64,000 nt of DNA, taken from contig OZ244226.1 in assembly GCA_965217035.1 (NCBI GenBank), positions 1 to 64,000 of the forward strand. The letters are read 5' to 3'. The notes under the pieces were generated by a model. The model was given only the letters and a program-made list of their open reading frames with translations, had not been told where the DNA came from and did not search any database. The first letter of the stretch is position 1, and the number at the start of each line of letters is the position of its first letter. Made by a program: the position numbers and the translations under genes. Positions 10,405 to 20,579 of this stretch are shown piece by piece. The DNA is from Bacteriovoracaceae bacterium. GTDB taxonomy: Bacteria > Bdellovibrionota > Bacteriovoracia > Bacteriovoracales > Bacteriovoracaceae.

Positions 10405-12159
10405 GTGAACGCTAAGTTATTGAATTTGTTGTATTTATCATTGTCAAATCAACTATCTGAGGCCATTAAAACTCAGTATGAAAAGACGGTAGACCCGGCA
10501 ACGATTTATGGCACTCTGAGCACACCTCCTCAATGGAAAAACGGGCATGTGGCCTTTGCGAGTTTCCCATTGGCAAAATCTTTAAAGCAAGCACCTCCTC
10601 AAATCTCGGCGAAGTTAGCTGAAGTCCTAAAGACGGAAGAGTTCATTGCAGAGATAAAGGTTATGGGACCTTATTTGAATTTCTTTATCAATTTCGCTGA
10701 ACTGGCGACTAAGTTTCTTCCTTCTATTTATGATGGAAGTTATTTTCAACAAGATCTTTTCGAGGCTGCCCCCAAGACAATGGTAGAGTATTCTCAACCT
10801 AATACTCACAAGGAACTTCATGTTGGGCATATGAGAAATCTTTGTCTTGGAGATTCTGTTGTTCGGACGTTTCGATTTGCAAAAGTTCCTACTATGGCGA
10901 CGACTTATCCTGGAGATGTTGGAACTCATGTAGCCAAAACCCTTTGGTATTTAAAAAATAAAAATACAGAAAAACCTCCTATTAAAAGAAAAGGGGCTTG
11001 GCTAGGGAAAATGTATAGCACCGCTAATAATTTCCTTGAAGAACAAAGAGGAACTGGTCATGAAGCTAAAAACCGTGAAGAACTAACTGCTATTTTAAAA
11101 GAATTAAAAACAGAGCAGGGTGAATACTATGATCTTTGGAAAGAGACTCGTGAATGGTCTCTTGATCTGATGAAAGATGTTTATAAGTGGACCGGCGTTG
11201 ATTTTGATGAATGGTTCTTTGAATCTCAAGTTGATAAACCTTCCTTAAAATTAGTTGATGAGTATTTGGAGAAAGGTTTCTTTAAAGAAGATCAAGGAGC
11301 AATTGGAATTGATTTGGAAGAGTTCAAGCTCGGATTTTTCATGGTAAGAAAATCTGATGGGAATGGACTTTATTCAACTAAAGATCTTGAACTTGCTCGT
11401 AAAAAATTTAGAGATCATAAAATTGATAAAAATATTTATGTGGTGGATAAACGACAAGCCTTACATTTTAAACAAGTTTTCAAAACACTTGAACTGATGG
11501 GATTTGAGCAAGCAAAAGACTGTTATCATTTAGCTTATGAATTTGTTGAACTCCCTGATGGTGCCATGTCTTCTCGAAAAGGAAATATCATTCCGCTTCA
11601 AGAATTGATTGATCAGATGGAAGATACGATAAAAAAGCAATACCTTAATAAATATGAAGGTGAGTGGACAGCGGAAGAAATTAACCAAACGGCGAGTATT
11701 ATTGCTAACGGAGCAATTAAATATGGTATGTGTCGCTTTGATCCACAAAAGAAAATTGTATTTGAAATGCAAGAATGGTTAAAGCTTGATGGTAACTCAG
11801 GACCTTATCTCCAATACACCTACGCTCGGATTCAATCAATTCTTAATAAACTTGACTACAAGTCGGCAACTGATTGTGACTGGAGTACTCTTACAGAAGA
11901 TATTGAACATGAAGTCCTCTTTAAACTCACTCGTTTTCAATCAATTGTTCAGCAGTCAGTGGAGAAGATGAGTCCTCATGGACTTTGTAATTATCTCTTT
12001 GATCTTTGCCAGGATTTTAATCGTTTTTATGCGGAAGTCAATATTTCTCAATCTGAAACGAAGGCACAGCAGGCGAGGCTTGCTTTTATTGATGCTTATG
12101 CACGTATTCTAAAAACAGGTCTCAGCCTTATTGGAATCGATGTTCCTAAAAGAATGTAA
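10405..12159 (+). CDS. argS: Arginine--tRNA ligase
   Basis: VEYSQPNTHKELHVGHMRN (HIGH-like), MSSRKGN, GPYLQYTYARI. GTG 10405 follows an SD-like purine run; the track start is 10381. Confidence 0.96.
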   Translation: MNAKLLNLLYLSLSNQLSEAIKTQYEKTVDPATIYGTLSTPPQWKNGHVAFASFPLAKSLKQAPPQISAKLAEVLKTEEFIAEIKVMGPYLNFFINFAELATKFLPSIYDGSYFQQDLFEAAPKTMVEYSQPNTHKELHVGHMRNLCLGDSVVRTFRFAKVPTMATTYPGDVGTHVAKTLWYLKNKNTEKPPIKRKGAWLGKMYSTANNFLEEQRGTGHEAKNREELTAILKELKTEQGEYYDLWKETREWSLDLMKDVYKWTGVDFDEWFFESQVDKPSLKLVDEYLEKGFFKEDQGAIGIDLEEFKLGFFMVRKSDGNGLYSTKDLELARKKFRDHKIDKNIYVVDKRQALHFKQVFKTLELMGFEQAKDCYHLAYEFVELPDGAMSSRKGNIIPLQELIDQMEDTIKKQYLNKYEGEWTAEEINQTASIIANGAIKYGMCRFDPQKKIVFEMQEWLKLDGNSGPYLQYTYARIQSILNKLDYKSATDCDWSTLTEDIEHEVLFKLTRFQSIVQQSVEKMSPHGLCNYLFDLCQDFNRFYAEVNISQSETKAQQARLAFIDAYARILKTGLSLIGIDVPKRM

Positions 12160-12468
12160 TTAATTCTGATGATTTCTATATTCAGCTCTCGTAATTAGCT
12201 TACAAGCTTCAAATCTATTTTGTACTGAAAAAGCAGCACTTACCCCAACTGGTTCTGTTGCAAGAGCATGACCTATTCCGTCTTTTTCTTTACAGATATA
12301 ATATCTATGAGTTTTTCTTCTTTGATACTCGTGACGATCTAGGACTGGATCCGTAGGGCTTGCTTCGAAAAGAGTCATTAACTTCGCTTTATGATCTTCA
12401 GCAGAACTGATAGATCTCTCAGCCTGTGAACAAGAGATTAAAAATAATAATCCAATTAAAGCTTTCAT
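12160..12468 (-). CDS. Small hypothetical lipoprotein
   Basis: Lipobox-like LISC, SD GGAG. Confidence 0.6.
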   Translation of the reverse strand: MKALIGLLFLISCSQAERSISSAEDHKAKLMTLFEASPTDPVLDRHEYQRRKTHRYYICKEKDGIGHALATEPVGVSAAFSVQNRFEACKLITRAEYRNHQN

Positions 12469-12477
12469 AAGCTCTCC

Positions 12478-13200
12478 TTATTCGAATGGTTGAATCTCGA
12501 CTTCCTCGATAGGTGGGGCCTCGATTGTATTGATTCTTTTGACTATAGGGTCTTCTAATCCAAAGAGGTGAGTGTAATAAACAAACCCTCCATGGTCTTT
12601 AAACATGTTAACGATTTTAAATTGATGTTCTTGCGTCGGCATGTCTTCTTCAAAAACAAGTTTTTCAAGCGGCATTGTAATTCTTAGCATTTTTTGATTT
12701 TCAATGGCCTCTTTTGACTTAAATTTGAAAGTAAGTCCAGCAAAGCTAATCAATTCTAAAGACTTTACTTTAAAGAATGGATGCGAGAAGGGAATATCAA
12801 CGCCTATACTAATAGGGTCTTTCCATTTAAGATCAAGTTGTTCATTAATTACCTCTAGCACTGAATCTTTCGTTATAGATTTTGTAAGGAAATCATCTGC
12901 ATCAGCTTCAATGAAACTCGTAATTAATTTAGGTGTAGGTCTTTCGGCCATTCCAATTGTTTTGAAATGGTATTCAACTTTAAGATGATTAATACTTTCG
13001 AGAATATCACGACCATTCATATCTGGTTGACGAGCTTCTACGATGACCATCGCAACCTCTTCATTGAAGGAGCCAACAGATCTAACACAGTCTGCTTCAT
13101 CTTTGGCACGATAATATCTGTAATGAGTTTTACTAACTGCTTCTTCAATCAGCGAACAATTTTCATCTGATTCATCACAAACAATAATAATATCTCTCAT
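12478..13200 (-). CDS. Atypical response regulator (pseudo-receiver plus C-terminal beta domain)
   Basis: REC-fold pattern (MVIVEARQPDMNG, ADDFLTK) with Glu at the phosphoacceptor position. Confidence 0.7.
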   Translation of the reverse strand: MRDIIIVCDESDENCSLIEEAVSKTHYRYYRAKDEADCVRSVGSFNEEVAMVIVEARQPDMNGRDILESINHLKVEYHFKTIGMAERPTPKLITSFIEADADDFLTKSITKDSVLEVINEQLDLKWKDPISIGVDIPFSHPFFKVKSLELISFAGLTFKFKSKEAIENQKMLRITMPLEKLVFEEDMPTQEHQFKIVNMFKDHGGFVYYTHLFGLEDPIVKRINTIEAPPIEEVEIQPFE

Positions 13201-13309
13201 CTTGCAATCCTGTTTTGGTTTTTAAGATCATTTGAATACAAGAGTATTATATCGTTTCAAGTAGAGAGTATTAACCGAGGGAAATGATTGCCTAAGATTT
13301 TGTCTGAGA

Positions 13310-14197
13310 TTAATGATTGTGACCATGTTCATCCTCGTACTTATGGACATCAAGCTTGTGAGAGTGAACGACTTCACCTTCTAGAACATGCTGGCATTCT
13401 CCATCTTCCATCAGCTGAAGGATTATTTTAACAGGTCCTTCCGATTGTACAGAACTTGCTGCAATGATTGGGGCGTTACCACCAGCAGTAAGAGTTGCAA
13501 ATCCAGTATAATTTGTAGAGAGTCCATAAAGAGCTGCGATATTTCCTCTGTCAGCATCCGTTGTCACTCGATTAGCATCAAGCTTACTTACTGAAGGTTG
13601 CATAACAGAATCAACTGAAAAGCTTTCATGACCAAGACCTAAAAAATGACCGAGTTCATGAAGAACAACTGTATGAAAGTCATAATTACCAAAATCACTT
13701 GGGTTTGTTGTGAAGTTATAAAACTCTTCGTTGATAAGAATATCAGCATGAGTAATCCTGTAACCACCATTTGAATTTGGAATTGCAAATAATTGAGTTA
13801 CAGCAAGTGCTGTTGTAGGGAAATCAGATGGCCAAGTATTTAATTGATAAACACCTTGTTCTCCATCATTGTAATTATTTGTATTTGTGTATTCTTTATT
13901 TGTTGTGCTTGTAACTGATTGGAAGAAAGTCATTTTGTTTTCAACTGCATCAGACCATTCAACGGCCATATCATCGATTGCAGTAACTTCATCTGACGCG
14001 AAAGTATTTCCAACTTTAAGATCAACTGGAAAGACAGAAGTTGACCAGTAGTTTCCTGCTGTTGATGAAAATGTTGCTGTTCCACCTTCTTGACCTACGC
14101 CTCCACAAGAGACCAGAAAGAAAATGATGCACAAAAGTGCCAGGTTGGTTTTAAAAAATCTTGTACCCACGACGGTAATCCTTAAAAAACGTTCCAC
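13310..14197 (-). CDS. Matrixin (M10/M57-like) zinc metalloprotease lipoprotein
   Basis: HELGHFLGLGH, Met-turn SVMQP, ADILIN, lipobox LVSC. Confidence 0.85.
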   Translation of the reverse strand: MERFLRITVVGTRFFKTNLALLCIIFFLVSCGGVGQEGGTATFSSTAGNYWSTSVFPVDLKVGNTFASDEVTAIDDMAVEWSDAVENKMTFFQSVTSTTNKEYTNTNNYNDGEQGVYQLNTWPSDFPTTALAVTQLFAIPNSNGGYRITHADILINEEFYNFTTNPSDFGNYDFHTVVLHELGHFLGLGHESFSVDSVMQPSVSKLDANRVTTDADRGNIAALYGLSTNYTGFATLTAGGNAPIIAASSVQSEGPVKIILQLMEDGECQHVLEGEVVHSHKLDVHKYEDEHGHNH

Positions 14198-14254
14198 ATT
14201 GCTGACTTTTTTAGTCCGGTAGAGACATCATAAAGGAGTTCGGGGTAACCACGT

Positions 14255-14282
14255 AAAACCAGCCACTTAGGAGGCTGATTTT
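14255..14282 (-). terminator. Probable intrinsic terminator after transaldolase
   Basis: CAGCC...GGCTG stem followed by a T-run on the minus strand. Confidence 0.5.
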
Positions 14283-14371
14283 AAAAAAATAGATGAGTAA
14301 AATGCCCCATTAATGTGGCACTCGATACTTTAACTATCCAAAATTATTGAATTTATTTTATATACTTGTCG

Positions 14372-15013
14372 CTATTTCGACTTGGCGTAATCCGCTAAGA
14401 ACTTTTCAAGTCCAATGTCTGTCAAAGGATGTTTTACCAATTGAGTAAGGACCTTATAAGGAATTGTAGAGACATCTGCACCTACAATAGCGGCTTCTTT
14501 AACATGATCAGTATGCCGAATTGAAGCTGCTAGGATTTTAGTTGTATAGCCATAGTTATCGTAGATAGCGCGAATTTCACGAATAAGGTCCATTCCAGTC
14601 TGTCCTATATCATCAAGCCGCCCGATGAATGGACTTATATAAGTAGCGCCGTTTTTTGCAGCAAGAAGTGCTTGATTCGCGGAAAAGGCGAGTGTGACAT
14701 TTGTTTTGATCTTATTTTCGGTAAACCATTTTGTCGCTTGAAGGCCAGCAATAGTAAGAGGAACTTTAATGACGATATTTTCGTGGATTTTTGCGAGTTC
14801 TTGCCCTTCAGAGATCATTCCATCAAAATCAGTGGCGATAACCTCAGCTGAAATTGGCCCATCAATAATCTCTGTGATTTCTGCAATGATTTCTTTTTGA
14901 GATTTACCTTCTTTGGCGATCAAGCTTGGATTAGTGGTAACCCCATCAACTACTCCCCAAGTTGAAAGTGACTTAATTTCCTCTATATTAGCTGTATCGA
15001 TAAAGAATTCCAC
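14372..15013 (-). CDS. tal: Transaldolase/fructose-6-phosphate aldolase (TalC/Fsa family)
   Basis: [41 protein letters not shown]. Confidence 0.92.
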   Translation of the reverse strand: MEFFIDTANIEEIKSLSTWGVVDGVTTNPSLIAKEGKSQKEIIAEITEIIDGPISAEVIATDFDGMISEGQELAKIHENIVIKVPLTIAGLQATKWFTENKIKTNVTLAFSANQALLAAKNGATYISPFIGRLDDIGQTGMDLIREIRAIYDNYGYTTKILAASIRHTDHVKEAAIVGADVSTIPYKVLTQLVKHPLTDIGLEKFLADYAKSK

Positions 15014-15082
15014 AAAAACCTCTCCAAGATTGCTGATTGTTGATTTTCTGAGATAATAGAAACAAGCAAAGGGAATTGCAAT

Positions 15083-15673
15083 ATGTTTCGACTGATGATT
15101 TATATCTCATTTATTTCTATCGCCTATACTAAAGTTCCGTTGAGGATGACGGATAAATCTGAAAACTTAAAACTCTTCAAAATGGCGCTCAAGAGCAATA
15201 AGACCAAAGGACTTAAGCTAGGCGATAATCTAGAGTTTTCCATTAATAAGAATCAGAAACTTTGCACTGGGATTGTTAAAACATTAGAAGATGCTTATCT
15301 GACGATCTACGTTGAAGATATTTCTAGCTGTTGGGATAAGAAACAGATGCTAAGAAGAGGAGTTGTTTTCAACTTTTCAGGTAATATGATTGAAGAGCGT
15401 GATATTGAAAAACGACTTACCAGGAAAGAACTTGAAGCTAAACGAAAAGATTTTATAAACCAACTAAATGATATTAATATATATTTTTATAGTTTTGATT
15501 TAAAGCGAAAAAAAATTGAAGCTGAGTACAATAACAAAATTAGACTTTTGAAACTCGAGAAAGTTAAGGCCTTAGAGCAGCTCTATCGAGATAGAAAGGC
15601 TAAAGCTGATATCCAGCTTCGTTTGAAAAATGATCTCAAGCGTGTCAAAGAGGCAAAACGCTATCTTCGTTAA
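15083..15673 (+). CDS. Secreted hypothetical protein with C-terminal coiled coil
   Basis: 196-aa ORF with a signal-like N-terminus. Confidence 0.6.
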   Translation: MFRLMIYISFISIAYTKVPLRMTDKSENLKLFKMALKSNKTKGLKLGDNLEFSINKNQKLCTGIVKTLEDAYLTIYVEDISSCWDKKQMLRRGVVFNFSGNMIEERDIEKRLTRKELEAKRKDFINQLNDINIYFYSFDLKRKKIEAEYNNKIRLLKLEKVKALEQLYRDRKAKADIQLRLKNDLKRVKEAKRYLR

Positions 15674-15698
15674 GCTTTTTGACATATTAATGACGGCC

Positions 15699-15725
15699 TA
15701 AGTTAGTTTATTTCATGACCGATTA
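15699..15725 (+). promoter_or_regulatory. FliA-like promoter
   Basis: TAAG-N15-ACCGATTA upstream of the gene at 15800. Confidence 0.45.
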
Positions 15726-15799
15726 GTTAGCGTACTCAGATAATCCACGTATACTTTTACTCAACTATTTTTAAAACCATGGACTCGGAGGTCACGCTT

Positions 15800-17068
15800 A
15801 TGAAAATGCTATTGGCACTAATATGCCTGTTTAGTCTTAGTCTTGCTCAAGGAGAGAGTTTCGAACGCTTTGATAAAAGATTTAAAGTGATAAGAAATTC
15901 TGAAGGAAAAATTACCCATATTAGGGCAAAAGGGATTCTGACTGGATTTCATTTCATGCCTTATATCAAAGGTTTGAAGAGTGATTTGATTTCTATGAAG
16001 AATGATTTGATTAGTAAGTCTCAAAAGGTGAATCATCTTGGGGAACTTGAATCAGATGTTTATGTTGAAGATGTTCTTAATATGATTCAAGCAGATTCTT
16101 ATTCAAATGTGATGATTAAAGGTTCTTCGCCGGTTTCACCACGTAAGAAAGCAAAACAAAGAAGAAAGTACTTGAGAAAGGCTTTTCTTAATCTTCCAAC
16201 AGCTGATATCAATGGAGCTTTTGGAGAGTTAAAAACGAAGGGGTTCCTAAAAAAAGTAGGAGATGCACTTAAAAAGTTTTACTTACAAAGAGACGTAAGA
16301 ATTATTTCAGCTCCTTATTACAAAACTTTTTTCTATGAACAGAGAGTTACAAATACTGTTGCTGCTGAGTTATTAAAATTTGCTCGGAAGAGATTAGGGT
16401 CGATACCTGTTCTCAATATTGCTATTTTTATTATTGATGATTTAATGGCCAAGATTGAAGAGCAAAGAGAGATCTCTCAGAATATTTTTCTTTATTATAT
16501 TGTTAACTACGAAGACAAACTGAAATTCTCTAAAGCAGAGACGAATATGATTGTTTCTTCAGTTTACGAATCAAGGATTCCTGTCACAGGTTATCAAACT
16601 TCAAAATTCGCGAAGAATAATTGGGAAGACTTTGGATGGTCGAGTTATGATAAGGCTCCTCGAATTGCAGCAGACCGAATGAGATTGACTACTAATATGT
16701 TTGAATCGTCTTCTAAAGTTGATTTCACATTCTATGAAGTCATGAAAAAAGGAAAGAGAGTTATCATTAATGCATCGATGAAGAATCATATGTTCTCTTC
16801 TTCTCCTGCCGAAAGCTTTTATTATGATAAACCAATGAGAATTAGAACTTTAAGAACTCTTGTTAGAATAGGACAAATGGCCTTAGGTTTTGTTCCTAAA
16901 GTTCCGAGTTTTATTAAAAGTGCTGTTAATAGCTTTTCAAATTCTTGGTATAAAGAGCAAGCGAAGTTTGAAGCATTTCTCTTTGCTCATTTTGAAGCAA
17001 AAGATGATAAAGAGATGATGAAATTGATTGGAAATCAAATTAACAATCCTTTTTATGTTTTCTTATAA
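15800..17068 (+). CDS. Secreted hypothetical protein
   Basis: SD GGAGG before ATG 15800, signal peptide, long ORF. Confidence 0.7.
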   Translation: MKMLLALICLFSLSLAQGESFERFDKRFKVIRNSEGKITHIRAKGILTGFHFMPYIKGLKSDLISMKNDLISKSQKVNHLGELESDVYVEDVLNMIQADSYSNVMIKGSSPVSPRKKAKQRRKYLRKAFLNLPTADINGAFGELKTKGFLKKVGDALKKFYLQRDVRIISAPYYKTFFYEQRVTNTVAAELLKFARKRLGSIPVLNIAIFIIDDLMAKIEEQREISQNIFLYYIVNYEDKLKFSKAETNMIVSSVYESRIPVTGYQTSKFAKNNWEDFGWSSYDKAPRIAADRMRLTTNMFESSSKVDFTFYEVMKKGKRVIINASMKNHMFSSSPAESFYYDKPMRIRTLRTLVRIGQMALGFVPKVPSFIKSAVNSFSNSWYKEQAKFEAFLFAHFEAKDDKEMMKLIGNQINNPFYVFL

Positions 17069-17711
17069 GAATCGTTTTTTGAAACTATTATTACTTTTTC
17101 TCGTTGCCCTGCCTTTGCAGGGTAACGAGATTTTAGATTATAAAAGATATCAAGCCATTGATTTTCTGATAGCTGATTATAAAGTTAATTATGATGTCGC
17201 TGGTCAAGAAGCTTGGTATTATGCTCATATTAAATTTGATCTAAAGGAAAAAGGGTATCCTTTTTTTGATCTTGAAGAAGAACCCGAAAGAATCACTATT
17301 GCACTTGATGGAACTCGTTTTGAATATGATGTCGTTGCTTCTTCTGTAAAGCTTTCGAAAAATGCTCCAAATAAAATTGTTTTGCATAAAAAACTCAAAG
17401 CTGGAACTTATCATCTTAAGGTTTGGGGGACTTTGAAAAAAAAGGTGAGGTTTAGAAAACGAAGTAAAACTGTCCGATCGACCTTCCGTAAAGGGCGTAA
17501 GACTTTTTTGAAAGGATTCCTGCCTACGAACCTCAGTAATGATGAATATGAAATGAAAGTTGAGGCCAGAGTTTTAAATACTAAAAAAGAACACAAGTTA
17601 AAAATTAATTGTGACAAAGAAAAAGTCGCTCTTAATCATTGGGTTGCGAAATGTCCTGGAAACTTTAATTCTTCTTCTCTTTCTTATCTTCTACGTCCTC
17701 GTTTTTTATAA
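17055..17711 (+). CDS. Secreted hypothetical beta-rich protein (weak resemblance to an M1 peptidase N-terminal domain)
   Basis: Signal peptide; overlaps the upstream stop. Confidence 0.55.
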   Translation: MFSYKNRFLKLLLLFLVALPLQGNEILDYKRYQAIDFLIADYKVNYDVAGQEAWYYAHIKFDLKEKGYPFFDLEEEPERITIALDGTRFEYDVVASSVKLSKNAPNKIVLHKKLKAGTYHLKVWGTLKKKVRFRKRSKTVRSTFRKGRKTFLKGFLPTNLSNDEYEMKVEARVLNTKKEHKLKINCDKEKVALNHWVAKCPGNFNSSSLSYLLRPRFL

Positions 17712-17806
17712 ACGCTCGTTGAAGATGTCTTGAAATAGGCATAAGAAGTTGTTCGAAAGAACAACCTGACTGAATTCATTTTGATCAAAATGGGAGCGTT
17801 TCGAAA

Positions 17807-19012
17807 CTAGGGAGTGAGTTTTTCAATGCCCTTAAGAGCGAGGTCCCTGAAATTATTGATATATTTTTTATAATCTTCCCCGTGATAGATTTCATCAAAG
17901 CCATTGATATCAGTTGGAGACATTGTGACTAAGGGATAGGTGAGAAACTCTTCTGTTTTTCCGATAATATAGTCAAATCGATTTGTATCAGACTTCGAAA
18001 CTTGTTCAATAAATTCTAGGGGAAGTTTATAAGTTCCTCCGGCCATAAAGATAATTTCATTTCTTTCATTTCTGATATTATTGAGAGCGAAAAAAGATTT
18101 CTGTCCATTAAATTTTAAAACTCCAGCAAATTGTCCATTAAAGAAGATTAAGGTTGATGAAGACTTTTTTCCCTGAGAAAGTTTAAGTAGTCCTTGTTCA
18201 TGCTTAAGTGGCATTTCATGACAAGTACCGCAGCTTCCAAAGAGAATGTGGTTTTCACGCTCTGAGGCTCTTCGGAGTCCGCTCACTTCTACTTCACTGA
18301 TATTATCCAACAACCAAAAGTCTTTTATAACTTTTTGCCAAGAACTAGGAAGTTCATTGAACTTATGGCCAAGTTTGATAACGCCTCTATTATGCTTTAG
18401 AAGTGGGGCAAATCGATCAAGGATAGAACTTTCTTTAGGAAAAATATTAAGAAAAATCTCATGCTGATTCACAAGCGAGATTGCAGGAGAGGTGTAGATC
18501 GAATGGTCATCAGGTCGTTTCTTTATAAGATAATCATATTCATGATCTAAAAGATTCTTATAAAATTTCGTTAGAATATTGGGATCAATGAGATCTCCCC
18601 ATTTCTTTAAATGAGAGCTTTGTTTGAGAAAAGAATCAAAAAGAATTGGAATGAACGGATCTTTGATAACGAGAGAACGATACTTATCATTTTCATAAAT
18701 AGCGTTAAAGATTCTTAAGCGTTTTTCAATTAAATCAATCGAGAAACCATCAACTTTACTTTGAAGTCTTTCTATTTCGATATAATTTCTTAAATCGAGT
18801 TCTGGATTTTGACTTTTCTGAGTTAAAAATTGAATCATTTCTTCTAGGCTATCGATGTCATCAATAGGAAGTCTTTTGTAGTTGCCTAGTGGAACATCAC
18901 CAAGCCGTTCTTGAAAGATAAACTCTCTTTCTGGATCTAGATAAAGACCGCAAGGAGGCTTTGCTAAAGAAAACCCTAGAAAAAACAAATAAAGGACAAA
19001 ACCCAATCTCAT
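17807..19012 (-). CDS. Secreted hypothetical protein with one CxxCH motif
   Basis: Signal peptide; SCGTCHEM; lies directly downstream of ccsBA. Confidence 0.6.
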   Translation of the reverse strand: MRLGFVLYLFFLGFSLAKPPCGLYLDPEREFIFQERLGDVPLGNYKRLPIDDIDSLEEMIQFLTQKSQNPELDLRNYIEIERLQSKVDGFSIDLIEKRLRIFNAIYENDKYRSLVIKDPFIPILFDSFLKQSSHLKKWGDLIDPNILTKFYKNLLDHEYDYLIKKRPDDHSIYTSPAISLVNQHEIFLNIFPKESSILDRFAPLLKHNRGVIKLGHKFNELPSSWQKVIKDFWLLDNISEVEVSGLRRASERENHILFGSCGTCHEMPLKHEQGLLKLSQGKKSSSTLIFFNGQFAGVLKFNGQKSFFALNNIRNERNEIIFMAGGTYKLPLEFIEQVSKSDTNRFDYIIGKTEEFLTYPLVTMSPTDINGFDEIYHGEDYKKYINNFRDLALKGIEKLTP

Positions 19013-19018
19013 AGTTAT

Positions 19019-19046
19019 TGATCGGTTTATAGAGAGCTTTAGCTTA
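19019..19046 (-). promoter_or_regulatory. FliA-like promoter (possibly leaderless mRNA)
   Basis: TAAG-N16-ACCGATCA ending 6 nt before the ATG at 19012. Confidence 0.5.
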
Positions 19047-19072
19047 AAAACAGAGTTTTATACTCAGGACTT

Positions 19073-20575
19073 CTACGCAAGCTCTTTTTGCTTTAAGAGA
19101 GTTGCAACTAATAAGCCTATTTGAACGGCAAAAAAAGTTCCGAGAAAAATTGCTCCTCCTTCACTAAAACCGTAGCTATGTAGGCCCGCTGCAAGGATAT
19201 AGTTGACTCCAAACCAGGCCATCATAACGCTTAAGAAAGCAAAGGCAACGAAAGGAACAAATTTTTTATCGTCGATATACTTAGTATATTTTCCATGAAG
19301 AATGGCCATATAAATTAAGAGAACGATTAAAGACCAGGTTTCTTTTGGATCCCATCCCCAAAATCTTCCCCAAGAATAATCGGCCCAAACACCACCAAGA
19401 ATGATTCCTGCAGAGAGAAGAACAACTCCAATTTGAATGGCGGTGTAGATAATTTTGACCTGACGTTTTTGTTCTGTGCTTGTAAGTCCACGGCCAAAAG
19501 AGCCCTTGATAAGTGTAATATTAGCAAGCATCCAGCTAAGAGCTAAGGCAGCATAAGAAAGGATGATTGTTGTAACATGAGTACTTAACCAAAAATTATC
19601 TCGAAGAACTGGGACTAAGGGTTTAATAGAGGCATCGAGCATATTATTAGCAAACATCATCATGAAAAGACAAAGAACGTTATAGCCAAGTCCACCCAAA
19701 ATGAAAGAGATATCATCTTTTTTCAGAGTAAGAAAAAGTCCAATTGTTAAGGCTCCAAAACCGGAGAACATGACCGTCTCATACATATTGGTGATAGGAG
19801 CCCGTCCTGAAATAAAGATACGAACCACCATAGCAGCAATTTGCATAGCAATGGTGAGGTAGGCAAGGTTAATTCCAATCGTTTTCTTTTTCCTTAAGAC
19901 AAGAGCAAAGATTGTAAGAAGCGCAACAAGCATGGCCCAACTAAAGGGATGAAATTTAAAATAATAATATTCAAGCATAAAGTTTGCTTCAGAGTTATTT
20001 TTGACGAGCTTTGTTTGCCCATTGATTGTTGTTTCTAACCCTTCAAATGAAGAGTTTCCGAGGTTATTCCAAACTAATCCTTCAGAGTCTTTTGAGGCGA
20101 TTTGCCATAATTTACCATCAATCAATTGTTGGTAAACTGAAATACGATTGAGTATTTTTGAGAGTTCTTTTTTATAAGAATTATTTTCCTTGATACCTAT
20201 TGCCGTCATTCGAATTTGGAGCATTTTCTCGATCAAGATATCAGCAGAAAGTGAAGATTCCCCCTCTTTCATCCCAAGAAGTTTTTTAGCTTCAACATGT
20301 TCAACCTTTAGAGGAAGGTCGAGTGAAGAGTTTTGACCAAAGACCATGAGACTTCCTACACAAAATGCCGTTGTCTTTGGAAAACCCCAAGGTTTTTTTA
20401 CGGGAGTAATAAATTTAAAAGTTTCATTGGCAAGAACATAAAGAGGCTTTATTCGCCCACCTGCTTGAGTAGGAAGAGTCTGAAGACTCTCAGAGCAAAA
20501 GTTGAGATTAATATCATTGGCAAAAACCTTAACCGATAAAAAGAAAATGGCGATCACTATCTTTTTCATACACAC
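19073..20575 (-). CDS. ccsA: Cytochrome c biogenesis protein CcsA/ResC (System II)
   Basis: WWD domain GGVWADYSWGRFWGWDPKETWSL, WLSTHV, GLHSY. Confidence 0.93.
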   Translation of the reverse strand: MCMKKIVIAIFFLSVKVFANDINLNFCSESLQTLPTQAGGRIKPLYVLANETFKFITPVKKPWGFPKTTAFCVGSLMVFGQNSSLDLPLKVEHVEAKKLLGMKEGESSLSADILIEKMLQIRMTAIGIKENNSYKKELSKILNRISVYQQLIDGKLWQIASKDSEGLVWNNLGNSSFEGLETTINGQTKLVKNNSEANFMLEYYYFKFHPFSWAMLVALLTIFALVLRKKKTIGINLAYLTIAMQIAAMVVRIFISGRAPITNMYETVMFSGFGALTIGLFLTLKKDDISFILGGLGYNVLCLFMMMFANNMLDASIKPLVPVLRDNFWLSTHVTTIILSYAALALSWMLANITLIKGSFGRGLTSTEQKRQVKIIYTAIQIGVVLLSAGIILGGVWADYSWGRFWGWDPKETWSLIVLLIYMAILHGKYTKYIDDKKFVPFVAFAFLSVMMAWFGVNYILAAGLHSYGFSEGGAIFLGTFFAVQIGLLVATLLKQKELA

Positions 20576-20579
20576 ATCC

